64,000 bases of DNA from the NCBI GenBank assembly GCA_902386555.1, contig CABMJJ010000009.1, forward strand, positions 345,870-409,869. Reading direction: 5' to 3'. This document shows positions 47,385-57,850 of the stretch, piece by piece. The notes under the pieces were generated by a model. It saw nothing but the letters and a program-made list of their open reading frames with translations. It had not been told where the DNA came from and did no database searches. This DNA comes from Candidatus Bilamarchaeum dharawalense (GTDB taxonomy: Archaea; Micrarchaeota; Micrarchaeia; Anstonellales; Bilamarchaeaceae). The translations under genes and the position numbers were made by a program. Each line of letters starts with the position of its first letter. Position 1 is the first letter of the stretch.

Positions 47385-48716
47385 ATGAATATGCTAGGCT
47401 GGCGGATTCTAGGCCAAGGAGAGTATAAATTAGACATACCAGAACTAAGCGATGATGAAAAAAGACTTATTTTAGCAACTGAAGAAAGGATCAAAGAGAT
47501 TGCCAGAACGAATAGTGTGGATGATTTGGAAGCGCGCAAATCAATGATAGAAAGCGCCATGAGTTATTGTGTCAATAAGAATTGCTTTTACTTAAATTCC
47601 AACCAGACAGCCTATTTGAACAAGATTGCGTTCATCCATATCTATGGTTTTGGTTTTCTTGAGCAATTGGTAAACGATAATGAAATTGAGGAAATAAGCA
47701 TTATTGGCCCTAACAAACCAGTTTATGTATATATAAGAAAAATCGGGTGGAAAAGCATTAATGCGTGTTTTGAAACCGAACAAGCCATAGCAGATATGAT
47801 AAATAAGATGGCGCGGGGCTTGGGACGCCATATAACGATGCAAAATCCAAGGCTTGATGCAGTTTTACCAAATGGCTCACGCCTTCATGCGTCATTGGCA
47901 CCCATATCAGAAGGAGAGATAACAGTACGAAAATTTAGACAGCGGCCATTTTCTCCAAAGGAACTTTCTGGTGATTTGGTCTCGATTGAGGGGTTGGCCC
48001 TACTTTCAATGATAATGCAATGTGATTTTTCTGTGATTCTGGCTGGCAACACGGCAAGCGGAAAAACAACAACCATGAACTCATTATTCTCATTTATACC
48101 ATCAACTGAGAGAGTTATTATCACTGAAGAAACTCCGGAGATTAATGTACCCCACAAACATCAGTTAAGATTAGTAGCAAACAAAGAGATGGATGTAAAA
48201 TTAAAGGACCTGGTGTATGATTCGTTGAGAATGCGACCGGATAGGGTGATCATTGGAGAGGTTAGAAATAAAGAAGAAATTGAAGCGTTGTTTGATGTTT
48301 TATTAGCTGGACAGGCACGTGGAAATTATGCAACTTTTCATGCACAAAGCGCTGATGAGACACTTACGCGATTATCATCTTTCGGAATTAGAAGAGCCGA
48401 CCTTACGTGCATAGACTGCATAGTAGTACAACGAAGAATGTTGGAATATAACCATCAAAAAAGAGAGAATAGAGAAATACGACGAATCACCGACATCGCA
48501 GAAGTGAGAGGTGAGGTAACCCATAGTTTATATCATGATGGAAGGTTACACCTCCAGGAATCGTTACTGGTAGAAAAGATATGTGACCATTTTAAGTTAG
48601 GTAAAAAGGAACTGGAAGTTGAATTGGGAAAACGAAAACAACTTATCCTAAATGCCAATTCTGATTACTTCGAATTTTTTGACCATATACAAAAGGCATT
48701 GTATGGAGGCGAATAA
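47385..48716 (+). CDS. Type IV pilus/archaellum-family assembly ATPase (TadA/CpaF/VirB11-like)
   Basis: GNTASGKTT, EETPE, LRMRPDRVIIGEVR and ATFHA motifs. Confidence 0.93.
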   Translation: MNMLGWRILGQGEYKLDIPELSDDEKRLILATEERIKEIARTNSVDDLEARKSMIESAMSYCVNKNCFYLNSNQTAYLNKIAFIHIYGFGFLEQLVNDNEIEEISIIGPNKPVYVYIRKIGWKSINACFETEQAIADMINKMARGLGRHITMQNPRLDAVLPNGSRLHASLAPISEGEITVRKFRQRPFSPKELSGDLVSIEGLALLSMIMQCDFSVILAGNTASGKTTTMNSLFSFIPSTERVIITEETPEINVPHKHQLRLVANKEMDVKLKDLVYDSLRMRPDRVIIGEVRNKEEIEALFDVLLAGQARGNYATFHAQSADETLTRLSSFGIRRADLTCIDCIVVQRRMLEYNHQKRENREIRRITDIAEVRGEVTHSLYHDGRLHLQESLLVEKICDHFKLGKKELEVELGKRKQLILNANSDYFEFFDHIQKALYGGE

Positions 48717-50279
48717 ATGTTCGACTTTCTTTGCGGGATGGTAGATAAATTTCCAAAGATAAAAATTAATGGGCAGTATGCGAAAGTTCTGAGATTAATA
48801 AAACCAGAAGTTGATGCTCATCGGTACTGTGGAATGGGTATTTGCTTGGCTTTGATTTTAGGATTTGTTTGTTGGGGGCTGGTCGGACAATTGGATGCCA
48901 TGTTCGCTGGGTTTGTATTCGCGCTTGTTTTTTTGCTAAGTTTACCAAATATGGAACTGGAAAAGAAAAAAAGAGAAATAGAGATGTACCTGCCGTTCTT
49001 CCTAAGAAATTTCGGGATGTTAATAGACATGAAAATACCGTTTTACCAAGCACTGGAACTTGCCGCAGAAGGAAACCAAACGCTTACTAAAGAGATAAGG
49101 ATTACCCTAAACTGCACCAGGAATGGACGGAGTATGCAAAATGCATTGGCAGAATTGGCAATTTCATTTAACTCAATGACAATAAAACGGGCAGTTTCAC
49201 AATTAATATCAGTATATGAAACCGGAGGGTCTGGAAGGGAAATAAGAAAATTCGGGGATGAACTGATGGCGCTGGAACAGCATCGTCTCAAAGAATATGC
49301 AGCTAAAAGCTCGATCTTTGGATTGTTGTTTGTGATGTTAAGCGCAGTGCTTCCAACTTTTTTTATTGTGTATATTATAACCGGAAGAATAGGATTGGGG
49401 AACTACATAAATCAAATGCAAATGACCATAATTCTCTTAATAATTCTACCATCGGTAAGTGCACTCGTATTGATGATATCAAAAATGTTCATGCCACGAT
49501 CAGTATTTAGCAATAATAATTGGTTTGACATAAAATTGTTATTTCCTGCCGTGTTACTGATCGTAGGTTCGATTTGGATAGAATTTAGATTGTTATTTTT
49601 TGGTGTAGGAACGGTTATTGGCATTTATTTTATATTTGATAATTATAAGCACGAACGAAAAATAGAAGATATTGAAGAGAAACTTCCGGATGCATTATTT
49701 GCCATAGGCGGCATGCCAAAATCAATACGGGTAGAAAGATTATTTGAAACAGTAGAACAGAATGAATTTGGAGCATTGTCACAGGAGATGGGCAAGGCAA
49801 AAAAACAGCTTAGTATGAATATAAAGGTAGGGATTGTACTCGATGATCTGGCAAAAAGAAATAAATCGAAAATGCTTGAACAAACATGCATGATGATGAA
49901 ACAAATGATTGAGACTAATTCGCTAGATCAGATGAGTTGTTTGGCAGATGATATGATAAGAAATCTCCAGATAAAACGTGACAGAAGCCAGCTTCTTTCC
50001 ATGCAAAAATACACGATGTTGTTGGGCGCGGTTTTAGTACCGACAATATTGAAAACTACATTAAACCTTATTCAGACTATGGGGGAAGTTATGGACAAGA
50101 GTATGATTAATGAATTAGTGATAAATTGTAATTTGTTAATTCCGCCATACCTGGTTATTTATGCGATAATGGTTGCAATAGCAATTGCGGATAGTGAGGG
50201 GAAAAAATCTGCCATGGGCGGGTACTCAATTGCCTTGACAGTTTTGGGTTTGGTTTCGTTCTACTTTATAAACTTATAA
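48717..50279 (+). CDS. TadC/ArlJ-like (T2SSF) membrane platform protein with two domains
   Basis: Two T2SSF-like repeats (EIEMYLPFFLR; DIEEKLPDAL); directly follows the ATPase. Confidence 0.85.
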   Translation: MFDFLCGMVDKFPKIKINGQYAKVLRLIKPEVDAHRYCGMGICLALILGFVCWGLVGQLDAMFAGFVFALVFLLSLPNMELEKKKREIEMYLPFFLRNFGMLIDMKIPFYQALELAAEGNQTLTKEIRITLNCTRNGRSMQNALAELAISFNSMTIKRAVSQLISVYETGGSGREIRKFGDELMALEQHRLKEYAAKSSIFGLLFVMLSAVLPTFFIVYIITGRIGLGNYINQMQMTIILLIILPSVSALVLMISKMFMPRSVFSNNNWFDIKLLFPAVLLIVGSIWIEFRLLFFGVGTVIGIYFIFDNYKHERKIEDIEEKLPDALFAIGGMPKSIRVERLFETVEQNEFGALSQEMGKAKKQLSMNIKVGIVLDDLAKRNKSKMLEQTCMMMKQMIETNSLDQMSCLADDMIRNLQIKRDRSQLLSMQKYTMLLGAVLVPTILKTTLNLIQTMGEVMDKSMINELVINCNLLIPPYLVIYAIMVAIAIADSEGKKSAMGGYSIALTVLGLVSFYFINL

Positions 50280-50293
50280 AGAGAGCAAATCCC

Positions 50294-50782
50294 ATGGACA
50301 CTATCAGCACCATCGCGGTTTCCATACAAAATCCATTACTAACCGCTCTGGATCTTTTTTTTGATAATGTATTCATATATGCAGGATTGATTTTGTTGCT
50401 TGTTTTCCTAGCAGAAAAAAGAGAAGAGAAAAGACGAAAACTAATTGTTTCACTGATACTAACATTCATACTGGCAACAATAATCAAAGTTGTTTTAGCA
50501 CATCAGCGCCCCTGCTTTGGCCAACTTGATTGCCCAGAGGATTATTCCTTTCCAAGTCTTCATGCAGCAATTGCATTCACCCTCATGACTGGCTTTTTGA
50601 ACAAAAAAAGTTTTCCACTGTTTTTGTTTTTTGCTTTGGTTGTTTGTTTCACAAGATTAAACCTGGGGGTTCATATCTTTCAAGACATAGTAGTGGCATT
50701 ACCACTAGCTTTGGTGTCCTATTATCTAACAGATATTCTTTGGAAAACTCCTAAGAGGAAGCCCTATGGATCGCGAAGTTAA
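50294..50782 (+). CDS. PAP2-family lipid phosphate phosphatase
   Basis: K...RP, SFPSLH and TRLNLGVH..D motifs. Confidence 0.9.
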   Translation: MDTISTIAVSIQNPLLTALDLFFDNVFIYAGLILLLVFLAEKREEKRRKLIVSLILTFILATIIKVVLAHQRPCFGQLDCPEDYSFPSLHAAIAFTLMTGFLNKKSFPLFLFFALVVCFTRLNLGVHIFQDIVVALPLALVSYYLTDILWKTPKRKPYGSRS

Positions 50783-51326
50783 CAGACAGATGTTTCATCT
50801 ACTAGTCGGTTTGATAGTGGTAGCTTTGCTCCTATATTATGGCAGAGGAACAACCATGGTGGCGGTTTTCTTTGTAATAATTTTTGGATTGTTAATAATG
50901 AATGCGCGCCTTCTCAAAAGTAAGAGTGTAGTACTAAGACTTGTTCAGTGGTTCGAAAAAAATTTCGAAAGAACCGATGCGCCACTTCCTGGGTGGGGCT
51001 CTGCCTGCTATGCTGCAGGAGTGCTAATTACAATAAGCGTGCTGCCTAATCAATATGAAATAATAGCAGTGGTATTGATGCTTGCTTTAGGCGACAGTTT
51101 CTCAACCATAATCGGAAGGAAGGGACGAATTCTGTTGCCCCATAACAAGAAAAAAACACTGGAGGGGGCCGTTGCTTTCTTTGTCGCTTCTTTACCAATA
51201 TATTACTTCATAGGACCAATGGCGATACCATTGATAATCGTTGGGACAATAATTGAAACACTGCCTTTAATAGATGACAATCTAATGATTCCGATCGTGG
51301 CTACGACATTATTGGTGATTTTTTGA
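50766..51326 (+). CDS. Dolichol/phytol kinase-like protein (SEC59/DGK1/VTE5 family)
   Basis: RQMFH, GDSFSTIIG, KKTLEG and DDNL motifs. Confidence 0.88.
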   Translation: MDREVNRQMFHLLVGLIVVALLLYYGRGTTMVAVFFVIIFGLLIMNARLLKSKSVVLRLVQWFEKNFERTDAPLPGWGSACYAAGVLITISVLPNQYEIIAVVLMLALGDSFSTIIGRKGRILLPHNKKKTLEGAVAFFVASLPIYYFIGPMAIPLIIVGTIIETLPLIDDNLMIPIVATTLLVIF

Positions 51327-52096
51327 TAATTCTCTTTACCTCAAATAACATAGCCAGCAAAAAAATTGCTGAGAACTTGATCCTGAAACACGGATTCCAA
51401 AAATTAGGCGATAGGGAATGGCAGAAAGAAGAGGTAAAATTGATTGACACCGACCTTCCAACGGTTCTAGATGTTCCACCAGCTATCGATACGGATTGTA
51501 TAATCATGCTCAGCACGCATAAGAGTAAAGTTCCTGGAAAAATGTTAACTGCACATATACCTGGAAATTGGAGTGATGCTGGACTTGGTGGCGAACCAGA
51601 AACCTTAAACATTGCTGCTACGGCAAGGCTAAAGAAAATTGCAATTGCGATGAAAAATGAGGCAGAAAAAATCGGCTGGCCGTTCTGCCTTGAAGCAGAC
51701 CACCACGGTCCAACCATAGCCGTACCAATTATCTTCGTAGAAATAGGAAATGATGAAGAGCAGTGGAAAGATGAAAAAGCAGCAGAAGCAGTAGCAAACG
51801 CAGTTAGTAGTTCTCTGGGGCCTTTAGAAGAATATAGAACAGTGGTTGGTTTTGGTGGGGGGCATTATCAAAAAAAATTCACGGAATTGATTGGTAGAAC
51901 AGATATGGCAATAGGACATATGGCACCGAAATATGTAATCGATGGATTAGATGAAAAAATGTTTAAGCAAGCCCTGGATAGAAACATCGAACCGGTCCAC
52001 GAGGTAGTTGTTCTTAAGGATGAAACAAATACGATGCATAAAAAGAAGATAAAAGAATTGGCAGATAAATTTGCGGTTAGATATACCGAAATCTGA
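51323..52096 (+). CDS. dtdA: Archaeal D-aminoacyl-tRNA deacylase (DTD2)
   Basis: STHKS, TAHIPGN, EADHHGPT, FVEIG and GFGGGHY motifs. Confidence 0.93.
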   Translation: MIILFTSNNIASKKIAENLILKHGFQKLGDREWQKEEVKLIDTDLPTVLDVPPAIDTDCIIMLSTHKSKVPGKMLTAHIPGNWSDAGLGGEPETLNIAATARLKKIAIAMKNEAEKIGWPFCLEADHHGPTIAVPIIFVEIGNDEEQWKDEKAAEAVANAVSSSLGPLEEYRTVVGFGGGHYQKKFTELIGRTDMAIGHMAPKYVIDGLDEKMFKQALDRNIEPVHEVVVLKDETNTMHKKKIKELADKFAVRYTEI

Positions 52097-52232
52097 GTTC
52101 AGCCAAAAAGCCTAGGTTTTTAATTACAAATTAGGAAACAAAAAACATGGAAGAAAACGAATTATTGTTAACCACAGTCTATGAGATAGAGAGTACGGTG
52201 GTTGCCAGGGGATTATTAGATAAGTGAGAGGC

Positions 52233-52520
52233 ATGGAAGAGTCGCACAAAAAGTATGGGGTTCCAAAACCTGTTTCTGTAGGAGATACTCTAAAGGTTAA
52301 AATAGAAAGCCAGGGCGGGCAGGGAGATGGAATAGCCAAAATTGATGGTTTTATTATTTTTGTAAAAGGAGCAAAGAAAGGTGAGGAGTGCACGGTAAAA
52401 ATAAACGATGTAAAACGCACCTATGCTGTTGCTGAAAAGAGTTCCCCCAACCAACCATCTGAAGAAGAGAAGGAGATGGACGAAGAAGTTGAAGGTACCG
52501 GTGGCGGGCCAAGCGGCTAA
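52233..52520 (+). CDS. Single TRAM-domain RNA-binding protein with an acidic tail
   Basis: PVSVGD...GGQGDGIAKIDGFIIFVKGA..GE. Confidence 0.92.
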   Translation: MEESHKKYGVPKPVSVGDTLKVKIESQGGQGDGIAKIDGFIIFVKGAKKGEECTVKINDVKRTYAVAEKSSPNQPSEEEKEMDEEVEGTGGGPSG

Positions 52521-53753
52521 CTATCTTGTGACCCAAAAATTTACAAATGCCAGGAAAACCACTAGAGCAACAAGACCAAGGCTGATTTGAACATTGTTTA
52601 ACTGATCTTGAGTATAGGGTAGGCTGGGTCTAACCAAACTAGAGTCGTTTCCAAAAATCCCATTATAGGAGAGTGCGCGGCTGATAATTGTTTCGTTATA
52701 TTGTTCAGTTAGCAATGGATCCATTACCAGCAAAGACAGGTTGTGCTTTCCAATACCGACATAGGTGAAATTGAATTCATAGCCATAGGCAAAGGAATAA
52801 TTCTCTTTTTCTAGAGACACGGGGGTGGTTACATTTGGACCATGTTCGGCAAAATTTTTGATTGTGGATGTATTGGAGATTAGTTTCTCAATTCCATAGG
52901 GCCCTTCTTCAATGGAATAGCTTCGAAAGCTAAAATTTTTTGATTTGTTGCCATCTAGAAGAATTTCTCCATAATATAGCGGAGCTTGAGACAGTAAAAC
53001 AACATCAAAATGATTATTATCCGTCAACTGTTCACGTAGAATGGGAGAGCGAAGGAAGAAAAGTTTGTTCTCACCAGCAACAATGAATGATTTGTTAATT
53101 GAGATGGGAAGGTAGTTGGTTGTGGTTACAAAATTATCAACACATTGAACACCATCAAGACGTCTATCATTGATAACATAGATAAAAGCCGCATCGCCTT
53201 CTATGGTAACATCAACAATATCTGCACCAGAAGAAGTTTTCATTTCCTCCAGAAGATTATCAGGGATAGATATATGGGTAGAAGAAAATGGAACACGGAA
53301 TGAGGAATTTTTAAAAGTAAAAATAACATCCATTTGATAATCGATTGAGGTATTCTGTTCAAATTCAGGACAACCATCATTATCAAAATCACAATAGGGA
53401 ATGGAATTGTATTCTTGATTGCAGGTGAAGATTTGCCCGTCTTTAGTTGGAAGAGAGGCCAGATGGTCCATGTAATAGCCTCGAGCAACAAGCAGAGATA
53501 GACCATTAGTTGGATAGATAAGCTCATCAATGGAGTGGGACATGCCAATTATTTCAATGCTAGAAAGAACCTGAAATTGTTGGGAATGGGTACCGAAATT
53601 TAGATTAAAGGTGGTCGATTGAGATTCGTTGGGGTTGAAGTTATTCTCAAGAAAATTAGTTAGTTGTGAATTGTGCTGACCAACCTCGTCCAGAAGAGGT
53701 AGTGTTAGGGCAAAGGAACATGAAAAAAATAGCAGAACAAAAACTGCTTTCAT
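52521..53753 (-). CDS. Secreted surface protein with a C-terminal TM anchor
   Basis: Signal peptide, many N-x-S/T sequons and a C-terminal hydrophobic helix. Confidence 0.7.
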   Translation of the reverse strand: MKAVFVLLFFSCSFALTLPLLDEVGQHNSQLTNFLENNFNPNESQSTTFNLNFGTHSQQFQVLSSIEIIGMSHSIDELIYPTNGLSLLVARGYYMDHLASLPTKDGQIFTCNQEYNSIPYCDFDNDGCPEFEQNTSIDYQMDVIFTFKNSSFRVPFSSTHISIPDNLLEEMKTSSGADIVDVTIEGDAAFIYVINDRRLDGVQCVDNFVTTTNYLPISINKSFIVAGENKLFFLRSPILREQLTDNNHFDVVLLSQAPLYYGEILLDGNKSKNFSFRSYSIEEGPYGIEKLISNTSTIKNFAEHGPNVTTPVSLEKENYSFAYGYEFNFTYVGIGKHNLSLLVMDPLLTEQYNETIISRALSYNGIFGNDSSLVRPSLPYTQDQLNNVQISLGLVALVVFLAFVNFWVTR

Positions 53754-55657
53754 AACAATCCGCTTAGTTTATCTACAGTAACAAAAGATAAGGTATCATT
53801 AATTTGAGCGATTTTTAAACTGGCCCGTTCGCGCTCACTGAGCGACCCTAGTATGTGTTTTATCTCTGCCTCATCATCCACAACAATTATTGCTTTCTTA
53901 GTGAAATGGGTTCCGAAAAAGCCGATTTCAGAATCCTTGAGTATAAATTTGTTATCCTGTTCGGTGAATGAACTACCGCTTTCAATTAATTTTTCCCTAA
54001 TAATACGACTAAGAACGTTTTGTTTTACATTACCTTCCCCTTTGAGCTGATAATAATCCCTGTGGGTCTCCAGATAGCCTGCTTTGACAAGACGGTTTAG
54101 GATTTCTTCAACATTACCCTCAGTAACATCTGCACCATTTGTTAGATAGCGTTTGAGAGAAACGGTAAATTCATGAGGAGTGATGGGGGATTTGGAAAGA
54201 TGCATATCATGTCGAATTTTCTTGAAGCTTTCCAATGCACGATTAGTCGGTAGACGAATTTCTTGGCGAACATAGGTTGAACTGTCGCCAAATCGTAAAC
54301 GATAGGTTGGTTTTCTGGTCATTCTTGCACCAAAATAAACAATAATCACAATAATAAGCCCTGGAAGCCCGTAGGTAACATAAATACCGAAAACAGGTTC
54401 CTGGTTATTTTCCACAACCACTGGAATGATCCTACCGCCAACGTCAAAATTAAATGTATTTGGACCTTTGGCAAGATCAGCACTGACCACCACTTCGCCA
54501 TTGGTTACATAGAACTTTTTCTTTATGGATGAATTACCTAGCCAGACATTTACCTCTGCACTGCTCATGGGTTTGCCATCAACAGTGATCAAGAAGATAT
54601 AGGACGTACCAACATGGTTCACGTAATTTATCTTAAGATCCTTGAGATGTAAAAGACCACTGGCGATGGTACCAGAATTATCATCAACAAAAATAGTGTA
54701 CTCTCCAGGTTGGGAATATTCCAATTTTTTTATGAAAACATTTTGATCAGTTACACGACGAAGTTCTTCGGTTTGGACAACGTCCCCGTCCCGTTTTATT
54801 GTTAAGATCGCAGTCCCGCTGGTCTGACTTAACTCGAATTGTAAGGAGGATTTTTCCCAGGGATAGATTGATGGTGGGGATGGAACAAGAACTTTTGGAG
54901 CTTTTGTTAGTTGAATTGAATCGTAAATACCATGAACATCGCCAATGTCGAAAATAAGTCTTAGATAGGTAGGGGATCCGATGGGAACTACGGAACTTTT
55001 GATACCGCTACCAGAGATGGTGTAGGTTTCGTTGGATTTGAGCATCCATTTATTGTAAAGGATATCCTGTGCCAAGGACACCTGGTTTTGCTCAAAAAGT
55101 TCGTCTAGAGTACCTTCATAAACAATGATTTTTCGCCTTTGTTCAACGGAAAGCTGGTCATACCAGGAGAATTCTTTGATACCGCTGCTCAGGATCAGAT
55201 CCTTGGCGCCAATGTAGATGATGGTTCCGTTTGTACCCTGCTGAAGATTAAAAAGTGCATATGATGGAAGGGCGCCAGTCGGGATAATATAAATATCTGA
55301 ACCTATTTTTGGTTCATCACTTACGGTGACTTTATATCCGTATTTTTCAAGAGTCTGAAGTTGTTCCACCAGCTCTGCAAATCTAGAGACTTGAATGGCC
55401 TGGCTATCGTTAATAATAGTAATAGAACGTTTTGGCGGAGAATCATAACTAATCAAAGTGATATTACCAGTACCACGATAGTTATACACCATATAGCCAT
55501 AATCGCCAGCCGTATTGGTTTCAAGAATAGCAAATGTAGGCGGTAGGGATTGGATTTGAGTTTCTGATTCTTCAGATGAAAAAATAAAAAACACTATGCC
55601 TCCCAGCACAAGTAATAGGATGAGAATAACACCAATTATCACATTCAGGATCTTCAT
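53750..55657 (-). CDS. Membrane protein: large extracellular domain, TM helix, cytoplasmic winged-helix-like domain
   Basis: N-terminal anchor, beta-rich ectodomain, TM (YGLPGLIIVIIVYFGA), then ITPHEF...NVEEILNRLVKAGYL. Confidence 0.65.
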   Translation of the reverse strand: MKILNVIIGVILILLLVLGGIVFFIFSSEESETQIQSLPPTFAILETNTAGDYGYMVYNYRGTGNITLISYDSPPKRSITIINDSQAIQVSRFAELVEQLQTLEKYGYKVTVSDEPKIGSDIYIIPTGALPSYALFNLQQGTNGTIIYIGAKDLILSSGIKEFSWYDQLSVEQRRKIIVYEGTLDELFEQNQVSLAQDILYNKWMLKSNETYTISGSGIKSSVVPIGSPTYLRLIFDIGDVHGIYDSIQLTKAPKVLVPSPPSIYPWEKSSLQFELSQTSGTAILTIKRDGDVVQTEELRRVTDQNVFIKKLEYSQPGEYTIFVDDNSGTIASGLLHLKDLKINYVNHVGTSYIFLITVDGKPMSSAEVNVWLGNSSIKKKFYVTNGEVVVSADLAKGPNTFNFDVGGRIIPVVVENNQEPVFGIYVTYGLPGLIIVIIVYFGARMTRKPTYRLRFGDSSTYVRQEIRLPTNRALESFKKIRHDMHLSKSPITPHEFTVSLKRYLTNGADVTEGNVEEILNRLVKAGYLETHRDYYQLKGEGNVKQNVLSRIIREKLIESGSSFTEQDNKFILKDSEIGFFGTHFTKKAIIVVDDEAEIKHILGSLSERERASLKIAQINDTLSFVTVDKLSGLL

Positions 55658-57012
55658 ATGTCCAACCTTGAGGATGTGAGAAAATCAACATCATTCTTAT
55701 AGAATGTTCTTATGTCTTCCAATTCAAGTAAAAGCATCAACGGGCGTTCAAGACTAAGTCCCCAAGCTAAAACTGGGTAGACCCCAACCAGGGGAATGCT
55801 AACCTCAGGTCGAAATATTCCTGCACCACCCAGTTCAAGCCATTGTTTTTTCTTTTCAAAGTATACTTCGATCTCCAAGCTTGGCTCGGTATAGGGAAAG
55901 AAACTTGGTCTGAAACGAATATTTTCAAAGCCCAGTTTACGGTAAAACTCCTTCAAAACACCCAAAAGATCAGTAAACGTTGCATTCTCCCAAATGATTA
56001 TTCCTTCAACTTGATGAAATTCTGCAAGATGTTTGTAATCCGTTGCCTCGTTACGGAAAACTCTACCGATGGAGAAAAATTTCTTGGGTTTTTTCTCTTT
56101 GTTGGCAGCAACATAGCGAGCAGATAGGGCAGTCGTATGAGTTCGCAATACTGCCTTGCTTGCCTCCTTTGGATCCCATTGATACTTCCATCCTTTTTCA
56201 TGGGCTGCCTTGACCCTTTCAATCAGTGCCTTGTCAGATGGGAGAGGACATTCCCCTTTTACATAAAATGTATCTGCCAATTCTCTGGCAGGGTGGTCCT
56301 GAGGCTGGAAAAGCGCATCGAAATTCCAGAATGAGCTTTCCACAAGATCTCCTTCCATTTCTTCGAAACCCATCTCAGTCATGATGGTTTTTATTTTTTT
56401 AGTAATTTGAGTAATCGGATGATTTTTACCAAGAGAGGCATTTTTACCAGGAACATTAATATCGAAACCATCGGAGAATACTGATGGATCGATCTTTTTA
56501 CCGGTGTATGAGATGGTTGTTGAACGAATGGTTTTCTTATCTAAGAGATGGCGCTCAAAAAATTCTTCAACAAGTTCAAGATCGCTTGAATTGCCATTGT
56601 TTTTTAATTCGGTAGAACAGTGAGTGAGTTTGGTAACCAGTTGATCGACTTCGTTTTGTGTTTTTGCAGGAACAAGCTTTCCAGCTTCAACTTTAACCAA
56701 CCCCTTAACTTTTGCCCATCTTATACCGATTGATTTTTCTACAGGTGAGAGATCGGTGATTGAGGCACCGGAAACGGCTTTTTGAAAAACAGAAACCTCA
56801 GGGAACGTGCTGGAACTGTATTGAACAAGCTCTGCTGTTGGGGAACCGACAACTGATTCTCTGGTATCGATGGTTACATATCCTTCTTCTCGAAGAGACT
56901 CGATAATTCTTCGTATACTATCAACATTAAGTGATGATAGCTGGGCAAGTTCCTCGATAGTCCTGCTCCTTTTAATTAGCAGATCAAGAACAATATCAGA
57001 ACCTTTGTACAT
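55654..57012 (-). CDS. pheS: Phenylalanyl-tRNA synthetase alpha subunit
   Basis: WNFDALFQPQDHPARE, LRTHTT, FRNE, EFHQVEG, FPYTEPS and AWGLSLER motifs. Confidence 0.97.
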   Translation of the reverse strand: MYKGSDIVLDLLIKRSRTIEELAQLSSLNVDSIRRIIESLREEGYVTIDTRESVVGSPTAELVQYSSSTFPEVSVFQKAVSGASITDLSPVEKSIGIRWAKVKGLVKVEAGKLVPAKTQNEVDQLVTKLTHCSTELKNNGNSSDLELVEEFFERHLLDKKTIRSTTISYTGKKIDPSVFSDGFDINVPGKNASLGKNHPITQITKKIKTIMTEMGFEEMEGDLVESSFWNFDALFQPQDHPARELADTFYVKGECPLPSDKALIERVKAAHEKGWKYQWDPKEASKAVLRTHTTALSARYVAANKEKKPKKFFSIGRVFRNEATDYKHLAEFHQVEGIIIWENATFTDLLGVLKEFYRKLGFENIRFRPSFFPYTEPSLEIEVYFEKKKQWLELGGAGIFRPEVSIPLVGVYPVLAWGLSLERPLMLLLELEDIRTFYKNDVDFLTSSRLDI

Positions 57013-57818
57013 TACTCCTCGTCCCTCCTCTTTGACATTACAATGTAGGCATAGGAACCCATTAGAACGACAATTAAAATGACCAAAGCGACCCCATGCG
57101 GACTTTTCAGAGTTTCAATAATTCCACGGATTATTCCGCCAAAAAAATCAGAGACTTCCTGGTCAATACTTTCTTCAACATCAAAAATCAGTGAAAACTT
57201 AACAAGAACGCTATCAGTCCAGGAAAGACTTTCAACATGGGACGGCAGTGCAATTGCAGCGTTGGTTGGTTGTGGATTTGCATCCAGAACAAGACTATCC
57301 TGGGGAAGCTTTAGAATAAGATAAATGTCCTTATCCAGAATAATATTTCCTTCTGGTGTGGTGGTAAATGAAAGTGCACCGGGATTGATGGTATATCTTC
57401 TAGTACGGGGTTTGTATTGCTCCACACTAAAGAGACCACTGTTAATGGTGGAATTAATCGATGGATAGGCCTGGTAATCCAGTATTATTTCACCATGGCA
57501 GGTTTTTTGTATCGGATTACATTGAGTACGAGGTTGGGGTCTAACCCTAAGATCACGGATATCCACCAAAGATGGATTAACATGAAATTTGATGTCCTTT
57601 AGACCAAGATTTGAAGACCAATAGGATAGCTGATCGCTGGTCATTCCGCTGTCATAGAGAGAACTGGCATAATCGCCATAGATAATGAATTTTATACTTT
57701 CATGAACCTTGGCACTACCATCACTTTGGATATCACTTATGGTTACATCTACTTTTTCAATTAGGAATTCGGCACTAACCATGGTGGTTAGTAAAACTAA
57801 TGCCAGCAACCATCTCAT
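57012..57818 (-). CDS. Secreted protein with a C-terminal TM anchor
   Basis: Signal MRWLLALVLLTTMVSA; C-terminal TM helix followed by KRR. Confidence 0.7.
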   Translation of the reverse strand: MRWLLALVLLTTMVSAEFLIEKVDVTISDIQSDGSAKVHESIKFIIYGDYASSLYDSGMTSDQLSYWSSNLGLKDIKFHVNPSLVDIRDLRVRPQPRTQCNPIQKTCHGEIILDYQAYPSINSTINSGLFSVEQYKPRTRRYTINPGALSFTTTPEGNIILDKDIYLILKLPQDSLVLDANPQPTNAAIALPSHVESLSWTDSVLVKFSLIFDVEESIDQEVSDFFGGIIRGIIETLKSPHGVALVILIVVLMGSYAYIVMSKRRDEE

Positions 57819-57850
57819 AAAGATATGTCTTCGTGAAGGTATATAAAGTT

